DNA from: an uncultured Trueperaceae bacterium
GTDB taxonomy: Bacteria; Deinococcota; Deinococci; Deinococcales; Trueperaceae
Length of the DNA stretch: 64,000 nt
Direction of reading: 5' to 3'
NCBI GenBank assembly: GCA_963727505.1
Contig: CAVSGP010000005.1
Location: 128,001-192,000, forward strand
Part shown: positions 57,297 through 64,000 of the stretch, piece after piece
Numbering within the stretch: position 1 is the stretch's first letter
Layout of the letters: each line of letters begins with the position of its first letter
The notes under the pieces: generated by a model
Seen by the model: only the letters and a program-made list of their open reading frames with translations
Told to the model about the DNA's origin: nothing
Databases searched by the model: none
Made by a program: the position numbers and the translations under genes

Positions 57297-58496
57297 ATGC
57301 GCCTGCTCCATCTCGCCGACCTTCACCTTGGCTGGCGGCCGTCCGGTTGGCCCGAAGAGCGGGCCGCCGAGCGCCGTCGGCGCAGGGATGGCGTGCTGGA
57401 GCGAGCCGTCGATGTGGCCCTGGCCGAGGGCGTGCACCTGGCGATCGTGGCAGGGGACCTTTTCGACACCTTCGATCCCGACGAGGCCTGCGTCGAGTCC
57501 GCCCTCGCCCAGCTACGCCGGCTCGAGGACGGGGGCGTGCTGCCGGTCACCGTGCCCGGCAACCACGACGAGATCACCTACGGCGCCAGCGTCTACCGGC
57601 GCCACCGCGAGCGCTGGCCCGGTCTTCTCGTCACCGAACCCTGGCCCGCCCATGTGGCGACGCTGGAGCTTGACGGCGAGACCGTCCACCTCTACGGGAT
57701 GGCGTACACCGGCGGGGTGACCGCGACCGACCTGCCGGTGCGCGATTTCCCGCGGCTGGAGCAACCGGGCGTGCACATCGCCGCCTTCCACGGGACGCTC
57801 GGCGCCGCCGGCGGAACCCGCAACCTCGTGCTCGACGAGGAGGGGCTCGCAGCCGCTCGCTACCACTACGTTGCCATGGGCTCGCTCCACCACCCCCTTC
57901 AGCACCGTTTCCCGGCGGGGCCCGCCGTCTACCCCGGGTCGCCCGAGGCCATGGGCTTCGGCGACGGCGGTTGCGGCACCCTGACACTGGCCGAATGGAC
58001 GGGCGAGGGCATGGAGGTGCAGGGCGTGGCCGTGCCGGTGCAGCCGGTCGTCGACGCCCGCCTGGATCTGACCCCGGTCGACGACATCGCCGACGTGGAC
58101 GCATTCATCGCCGAGCGGGCGGACTCCGATGCGATCCAGCGCGTGCGCCTCGTGGGCGCGCTGTGGCTGCCCGATCTCGACGCCTCCGCGCTGGAGGAGC
58201 GGCACGGCGAGGCGTTCTTCCATCTCGAGGTGCGCGACGAGATCGCCGGTCTGGCGCCGGAGTTGCTGCAGCGTTGGGGCCAGGAGGCCAGCGTGCGAGG
58301 CGCCTTCGTGGCCCGTATGCTCGAGCGCATGGAAGGCGACAGCGAGGCCGGGCGCGAGCGCCTGGCGCGCAGCCTGCGCTGGGGCATCGCGGCCCTGAGC
58401 GACGGGCCGCCGCCGGGTGGCGAGCGCCACGCGGTCGTTCCCGCGCGAGGGCGTTCCGGTGGGCCCGGCGCGAATGGCGCGGGGGGCGCGGCGTGA
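57297..58496 (+). CDS. SbcD/Mre11/YhaO-like metallophosphoesterase (DNA repair exonuclease family)
   Basis: LHLADLHLG, AGDLFD, PGNHD, FHG, motif V altered to GSLH, YPGSPE; GGAGG RBS. Confidence 0.88.
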   Translation: MRLLHLADLHLGWRPSGWPEERAAERRRRRDGVLERAVDVALAEGVHLAIVAGDLFDTFDPDEACVESALAQLRRLEDGGVLPVTVPGNHDEITYGASVYRRHRERWPGLLVTEPWPAHVATLELDGETVHLYGMAYTGGVTATDLPVRDFPRLEQPGVHIAAFHGTLGAAGGTRNLVLDEEGLAAARYHYVAMGSLHHPLQHRFPAGPAVYPGSPEAMGFGDGGCGTLTLAEWTGEGMEVQGVAVPVQPVVDARLDLTPVDDIADVDAFIAERADSDAIQRVRLVGALWLPDLDASALEERHGEAFFHLEVRDEIAGLAPELLQRWGQEASVRGAFVARMLERMEGDSEAGRERLARSLRWGIAALSDGPPPGGERHAVVPARGRSGGPGANGAGGAA

Positions 58497-61400
58497 GCCG
58501 ACGCGGTCGGTCGCGGGCGCGCTCCGGCGGTGCCGGCTCGGCACGTGCCGGCCCGCATCCGGTCGGGGTGCTGTGGGAGCGGCTCGAGCTCCCCGCCACG
58601 GACACCCTCGAAGCGCGGACGCTGCGCTTCCCCGAAGGCCTAGGCACGCTCGTGCGCCCCAACGAGTGGGGCAAGTCGAGGGCGGTGCGGGGCCTGACCG
58701 ACGTCCTGTTCGGGCCCCGTGAGGTGGCTGGGGCCACGGATCGGGCGAGCGCCACCGGGCGCCTGGTGTTCGTGGGCATCGACGGCGTCCGCTACCGCTT
58801 GGAACGCGACCTGACGAGCGGGGCCGCAGTGCTGCTGCGCGAGGCGAGCGAGCCGGAACCTGGATCGGACGGCGGCCCCGAGCCGTCAGCAGACGCGGGG
58901 GTCGGGGAGACGGTCGCCTGGGAACCGATCGAGGCTGCCGGAGAGACGGGCCTCGGCGAGGTGCTGGCGCGCGTGGTCGGCCTCGCCGAGCGCGACGCCT
59001 TCGTGCAGAGCTTCTGCGTCAACCAGCCGCTACCGCGTCCCGAGCGGCTCAGTGCCGAGGTGCAGCGCCTGCTGGTGGGTTCGGGTCGGGGCGGCGTCGA
59101 ACGAGCCCTCGGCCGGTTGGAGGAGGAGATCGCGGCGCGGACCCGCAACGGCCATGCCTGGGGGCTTCCCGACGGCGGGGATGACGGCGAGCTGGAGCGC
59201 TGCGATGCCCGCCTCGCCGAGATCGAACGGAGCCTGGAGGTCGGGCGCGAGGCGGCCGACGGTGCCCAGGGGACGGCGCGGGCGCTGGCGGACGCCGAGG
59301 CGCGACGTAGCCAGCACCAGGACGAGGCTGCCCGCCTGGAGCGCGAAGCCGAGGGCTTGCGGGGCTACCTGGCGCGGCGCCGCGCCTTCGACGAGCGGCT
59401 CGAGGCGCACCGGGCCGCGGCCCAGACGCTCGCACGGGCGGAGGCCCTACAGGCCGAGGCCGCGCATGCACACGCGCACGTGGGTGCGGTATGGCCGGAC
59501 CTGGCCGACGCGCCGGAGGACGGCGAGGCGCGGCTGGCGGCGCTGATGGCTGCCGAGCGGGCCCTTGTCGAGGCCCGTGTTGCGCTCCAGACCGCGGAGC
59601 ACACGCGCGAAACGGCGCAGCGCACGGTGTCGGAACGCTCCCGCGAGCTCGAACGCCACGTCACGCGCGCTCCCTTCCAGGACGACGACGAGGGGCTCAC
59701 GGTTGAGGCCGTGCGTGAGCTACGGGCGGGTGCCGAGCAGGCGGTGACCGACTGGCGGGCGTTCCTGCGGCGCGACGAGGGCGTCTCGGGTGCGCGCTCC
59801 GCGCTTCGTGCCTACGCCATGCTGGCGCTTGCGCCCGAGCAGGACCGGGCGTTGCTGCGACGCTACGACTACGAGGCGGAGGCGCGCGTCCGCTCCGTCG
59901 AGGGACTGGAGGCCGGCGTGCGGGAGGCGCGGGCGGAGCGCCGCCGCCTGCTGGTGCCCGATCCTGAACTTCCCAACGAGCTCGAGGCCGACGCTCTGCG
60001 CGCCGCACTGGCGGCACCCTCCCGGCGCACCCGAGCGATCGCGGCACAGGTGAGCGCCGGCCTGATGCTGGGTGTGGCCGTGTTCTGGGTCGCGCGGCAG
60101 GGGCTCGGCGGAGGCGTCTCGGCAGGCCTCGGCTTGCTGGTCGCGATCCTCATCGGGGCGCTGCTGCGGTCCCCGTCGCTCGCCGGCCCGCAAGCGCGGC
60201 GCTTCCGGGGCCGCAACCGGGTCGAGCTCGAGCGGCTGATGGCGCGCTACGACGCCTGGCAGAGGCAGCCGGTGCCGACGCGGCGCGACGTGCTGCAGCT
60301 GGAGAACGAGATGGAGGCGGCAAGGGAGCAGCTTCGCGCCTTCCAGCGGCGCATGCAGCCGTACCAGGAGGCATACCCCGAACCGGGATCGGCCTTCGAC
60401 GCGTTCCGCGATGCCCAGCGGACGCTGCTCCAGCGGGAGGAGGTCCACAGCGAGCTGAGCATCCGCACCTTCGGGGTGGCGCCCGAGGCCGTGAAGGGAC
60501 GCTCGCCGCTCGATATGCCCGCGCCCTGGCCGCGCCTGGCGGCGTTCGCTGAGGCGCGTGGCGGGCGCGCACAGAGCGTGGCCGAGCTGTGCGCCTTCCT
60601 GGAGGGAGCCGGCGGAGCGTCCTGGGACGACGTCCTCCAGGCGGCCCAGGGGCGCGACGAGGCGCGGCGCGCCTTCCGCGCCGATCGCGAACGGTTGCGG
60701 CGCGAAGTGGCGGTGGCGGAGACGGTGCTGGAGGAGCGGGAGGCCACCGCGACGCGGTTGCGGGTCGAGCTGCAGGCGGCGGAGGCCACCCGCGAGGAAC
60801 ACGTGGGACCGCTCCAGGACCTGCTGGATGGGAGTGGCGGCGACGCCGACGAGCTGCTCCGGCGCTGGCGGGAGCGCGACCAGGCGATCCAGGAAGCCGA
60901 GCGTTCCTCCGATGCCCTCGCGTCCGTGCTCGACGCGGCCGACTGCGAGTCGGTCGAAGCCCTGCGCGAGCGGGTGGCCGGCCGGGAGGCTGAGGCCGAG
61001 GAGGAGCGGCAGGCGATCGACGTGTTGGTGGCCGACGGCTCCGAATTGCCGCCGGCGGACGATCCGATCGACCGGCCGCGCCTGCTCGACCGGCTGGAGG
61101 CACTGGAGGACCGGGTGGGCTTCGAGCGCTCCGCCCGGCAGGCCGCGGAGGCCGAGGTGTACGAACGCACCCGCGAGCTGGCGGCGCTGCAGGCCAAGCC
61201 CGTGGTGAACCTGGTGAAGGCCGAGGAGGAGCGCTTGGCGCTGCTCGCCGCACGCCGCGAGCTGATGGGGGAGATCGAGGCCCTCGCCACCGCGCATACG
61301 GAGCTGCGGGCATCGGTCCGCGACTTCCAGGGCAGTTACCGGGAGCGCCTGGAGAACCTGGCGTCACGGCACCTGGCGGCGGTCACGGAGCGGGAGGGTC

Positions 61401-61711
61401 GGAGCGTGCGGTTGCTCGACGACTTCGCCGTCCGCGTGCTCGAGCCCGACGGCAGGGATCTCCCCCCCGAACGGCTCAGCCAGGGAGCCCAGGACCAGCT
61501 CGCGCTGGCCCTGCGGCTCGCCATCGCCGACCATGTCGCGGACGACGTCCGTTTGCCGCTGGTGCTCGACGACCCCTTCCTGCACTGCGACGCCGCCCGG
61601 CGCGAGCGCCTCCGGGTCGCGCTGGAGCGCGTGGCGCGCGAGCGCCAGGTCATCCTGATGAGCCACGACGCCGCCTTCGAGGCGTGGGGCGCGCCGGTCG
61701 CAGTGGAGTAG
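58493..61711 (+). CDS. SbcC/Rad50/YhaN-like coiled-coil ABC ATPase with central TM hairpin
   Basis: Walker A-like RPNEWGKS, Q-loop, long coiled coil, signature LSQGAQDQ, Walker B LVLDDPF, MSH; GTG overlaps the nuclease stop. Confidence 0.85.
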   Translation: MSRRGRSRARSGGAGSARAGPHPVGVLWERLELPATDTLEARTLRFPEGLGTLVRPNEWGKSRAVRGLTDVLFGPREVAGATDRASATGRLVFVGIDGVRYRLERDLTSGAAVLLREASEPEPGSDGGPEPSADAGVGETVAWEPIEAAGETGLGEVLARVVGLAERDAFVQSFCVNQPLPRPERLSAEVQRLLVGSGRGGVERALGRLEEEIAARTRNGHAWGLPDGGDDGELERCDARLAEIERSLEVGREAADGAQGTARALADAEARRSQHQDEAARLEREAEGLRGYLARRRAFDERLEAHRAAAQTLARAEALQAEAAHAHAHVGAVWPDLADAPEDGEARLAALMAAERALVEARVALQTAEHTRETAQRTVSERSRELERHVTRAPFQDDDEGLTVEAVRELRAGAEQAVTDWRAFLRRDEGVSGARSALRAYAMLALAPEQDRALLRRYDYEAEARVRSVEGLEAGVREARAERRRLLVPDPELPNELEADALRAALAAPSRRTRAIAAQVSAGLMLGVAVFWVARQGLGGGVSAGLGLLVAILIGALLRSPSLAGPQARRFRGRNRVELERLMARYDAWQRQPVPTRRDVLQLENEMEAAREQLRAFQRRMQPYQEAYPEPGSAFDAFRDAQRTLLQREEVHSELSIRTFGVAPEAVKGRSPLDMPAPWPRLAAFAEARGGRAQSVAELCAFLEGAGGASWDDVLQAAQGRDEARRAFRADRERLRREVAVAETVLEEREATATRLRVELQAAEATREEHVGPLQDLLDGSGGDADELLRRWRERDQAIQEAERSSDALASVLDAADCESVEALRERVAGREAEAEEERQAIDVLVADGSELPPADDPIDRPRLLDRLEALEDRVGFERSARQAAEAEVYERTRELAALQAKPVVNLVKAEEERLALLAARRELMGEIEALATAHTELRASVRDFQGSYRERLENLASRHLAAVTEREGRSVRLLDDFAVRVLEPDGRDLPPERLSQGAQDQLALALRLAIADHVADDVRLPLVLDDPFLHCDAARRERLRVALERVARERQVILMSHDAAFEAWGAPVAVE

Positions 61712-61927
61712 CGGTACCCCCGTCGGCCACGTTTTCCCTGGTTCGCCGTGGTACCGGACACCGGTGCAGGCGAAGGCCGAGCGTCGGATGAGGCGCGACA
61801 CAGGCCGTTTCCGCGAGATCGAGCCGGTGTGCGTGCTTCCTTGTGAAGCGACGTGCGGTTCGCTAGAGTGGTAACGATCCACCCCCTTAGCAGTACACAA
61901 AGACACCGTGGATCTAGGAGACGTTGG

Positions 61928-62305
61928 ATGTCCCAGGCAGAAGTGAAGGTACTGGTACCGCACGAGCGCGTCGCAGAGTTCTACCGCATGGTGGGGGTGT
62001 GGTTGGACCGTGACCGCAACGGCCAAAAGGCCGAGCCGAGCCTCTCGCCGAAGAGCCGGTACGCCCCGTTGCAGGAGCACCTCGAAGGTGTGGGCCGGGA
62101 GCGCAAGGAGGTCCGACTGCGCTTCGATGAGATCAGCAAGGTCCTCGGCAAGCCGCTGCCCAGGTCGGCCTTCGCGCACCGAGCCTGGTGGGCGAACACC
62201 AGCTCGCACGCCCAGGCGCTCGCCTGGTTGTCGGCGGGCTGGAAGGTCGAGCACGTCGATCTCACCGGCAAAGCGGTGGGTTTCGTGCGCCCCGGCAAGG
62301 CGTGA
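61928..62305 (+). CDS. Small conserved hypothetical protein (resembles DUF7662-type domain from recall)
   Basis: SRYAPL..HL...LRFDEI..VLG.PLP.SA...AWWAN...AW..AGW.V..VDL motif; AGGAG RBS. Confidence 0.7.
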   Translation: MSQAEVKVLVPHERVAEFYRMVGVWLDRDRNGQKAEPSLSPKSRYAPLQEHLEGVGRERKEVRLRFDEISKVLGKPLPRSAFAHRAWWANTSSHAQALAWLSAGWKVEHVDLTGKAVGFVRPGKA

Positions 62306-62462
62306 AGGGCACGCCTCGACTGGACCGCTGAGCGAACACCGGTGCGGCGCGGCTCACGGTCGCGCCGGACGGAGGAGATGAAGGCCCCCGGGAAGATGAT
62401 GTCCCGGGGGCCTCGTGGTTCGTGGACGACCGTGCGCACGCGTCGCAGCCACGGCACGACGT

Positions 62463-64000
62463 TCAGGCGACGCGTCCCAGGCCCAGCGCCTTGCCCGCCT
62501 GCCCGACCAGCGTGGGCGTCAGGCTGGCGGCCGCCACCAGGGCCCAGGAGCGCGCGTCGAGCCACGCGATCTGCAGCACGTCGCGCGCGCCGGGCAGCGC
62601 GACCGCCGCCAGCAGCAGGGCCGCGCACAGCGCCAGCGCGCCCCACACCCAGGGATTGCGGGTGACCTCGTTGGACAGCAGGGGGCTGCCCGGCTCGCGC
62701 ATGTCGAACACGTGCCAGAGCTGGGCGAAGGCGAGCGTCAGGAACGAGACCGTCACTGCCTCGGTGCGGCTCAGTCCGAGCGGCCCCAACGCCAGCGCGA
62801 ACGCGCCCAGCACCGCCGCCGTGATGAGCAGCGCGTATCCAGACACGCTGCGCCAGTGGCGGGCGGCGAGCACCGGCTCCGCCGGGTCGCGCGGCGGCCG
62901 GGCGAGGATGTCGGGAGCACCCTCTCCGGCTCCCAGTGCGAGGGCGGGGAACACGTCGGTGACGAGATTGAGGAACAGGATCTGGAGCGGCAGCAGGGGC
63001 AGCGGTGCGCCCAGCGCCGAAGCCGCGCCGATGACCAGGATCTCGCTCAGGTTGCACGACAGCAGGTAGAGCACGAAGGCGCGGATGTTGTCGAAGATGA
63101 TGCGCCCCTGCTTGACGGCCTCGACGATGGTCCCGAAGGCGTCGTCCTTGAGGACCATGTCCGCCGCCTCGCGCGCGACCTCCGTTCCGCGCAGCCCCAT
63201 CGCCACGCCGATGTCGGCCTTCTTGAGGGCCGGCGCGTCGTTGACGCCGTCGCCCGTCATCGCCACGATGGCGCCGCGCGCCTGGTACCGGCGGATGAGC
63301 TCGAGCTTCTGCTCCGGGCTGACCCGCGCCAGGATGTCGGCGCCGAACAGCGCGTCGTCGTCGGCGGTCCCCGCGGTCGTGGCCTCGCCCCCGAGCAGCC
63401 GGGCCATATCGCGGCCCGCCAGGACCTTGGGGTGGCCGTCGGTCAGGCCCACCGCCTCCCCGATGCTCGCCGCGGTCACCGCCTGGTCCCCGGTCACCAT
63501 CACCACCCGGATGCCCGCCCGGCGGCAGCCGTCGATGGCGCCCCGCACGTCCTGCCGTGGTGGGTCCTCCAGGCCCACCAGCGCCAGGAGGGTGAGGTCC
63601 CGGTAGAGCTCGGCGTCCTCCCGGTCCTCGGGCCGGCCTGCCAGCGCCAGCACGCGCAGCCCGCTGCGCGCCAGCTCGCGGTTGCGCTCCTGCCACGCAG
63701 CGCGCTCGTCGGGCTCCAGCGTTCTCGCGCCGCCGTCGTGGGCCACCCTCGTACAGGCCTCCAGCACGCTCTCGGGCGCGCCCTTCACGGCGACGCGGTA
63801 GCGCGCCCGCGCCTCGCCGGGCGCGGCTTCGTGCAGCGTGCCCATCATCTTGGTGTCGGGGTCGAACGCCACCTCGCGGACCTCGGGCTGGTCCCGCAGC
63901 AGCGCGTCGCGCGTCACGCCTGCGCTTGCCGCCGCAACCAGCAGGGCCACCTCGAGCGGGTCCCCCACCCCCTGCCCGCTCCCGCCGCCGAGCGCGGCGT
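62463..64000 (-). CDS. Cation-transporting P-type ATPase (P2A-like), 3' part
   Basis: GDPLE, KGAPE, DPPR, MVTGD, ARVSPEQK, TGDGVNDAPALKKADIGVAMG, C-terminal TM helices; 5' end lies outside the window. Confidence 0.93.
   Translation of the reverse strand, partial: AALGGGSGQGVGDPLEVALLVAAASAGVTRDALLRDQPEVREVAFDPDTKMMGTLHEAAPGEARARYRVAVKGAPESVLEACTRVAHDGGARTLEPDERAAWQERNRELARSGLRVLALAGRPEDREDAELYRDLTLLALVGLEDPPRQDVRGAIDGCRRAGIRVVMVTGDQAVTAASIGEAVGLTDGHPKVLAGRDMARLLGGEATTAGTADDDALFGADILARVSPEQKLELIRRYQARGAIVAMTGDGVNDAPALKKADIGVAMGLRGTEVAREAADMVLKDDAFGTIVEAVKQGRIIFDNIRAFVLYLLSCNLSEILVIGAASALGAPLPLLPLQILFLNLVTDVFPALALGAGEGAPDILARPPRDPAEPVLAARHWRSVSGYALLITAAVLGAFALALGPLGLSRTEAVTVSFLTLAFAQLWHVFDMREPGSPLLSNEVTRNPWVWGALALCAALLLAAVALPGARDVLQIAWLDARSWALVAAASLTPTLVGQAGKALGLGRVA

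Overview
High-GC bacterial chromosomal window with about 51 CDSs. A Deinococcota (Trueperaceae-like) origin is inferred from gene style and several leaderless promoters, not proven. No rRNA, tRNA, CRISPR array or transposase was recognised. In order, the window holds: (1) a creatininase-family/GntR/oligopeptide-type ABC/amidase catabolic cluster, a thiolase and secreted proteins; (2) a sugar ABC-SIS-PfkB operon with a long, apparently structured leader, converging on a LacI-controlled polar amino-acid ABC plus 2-hydroxyacid dehydrogenase operon that has two clear operators; (3) a GH99-Ig-like-metallophosphoesterase fusion lipoprotein; (4) a double-HTH TetR plus rifampin-phosphotransferase-like gene, Ada, and a GH84 O-GlcNAcase-GNAT-acetamidase operon that mirrors the metazoan OGA domain architecture; (5) a TipA-like MerR with a textbook 19-bp-spacer promoter, a LuxR with two flavoproteins, a cupin, a Ca2+/H+ exchanger, two SPW proteins, an apparently catalytically dead membrane alpha/beta hydrolase, ALDH, GH2 beta-mannosidase, IclR and fasciclin; (6) an SbcD/SbcC (YhaO/YhaN)-like pair with altered motifs and a transmembrane hairpin at the coiled-coil apex, a small conserved protein and a partial P-type ATPase. 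Start codons were refined by eye from RBS and overlap context. Family calls come from recalled motifs, not database searches.
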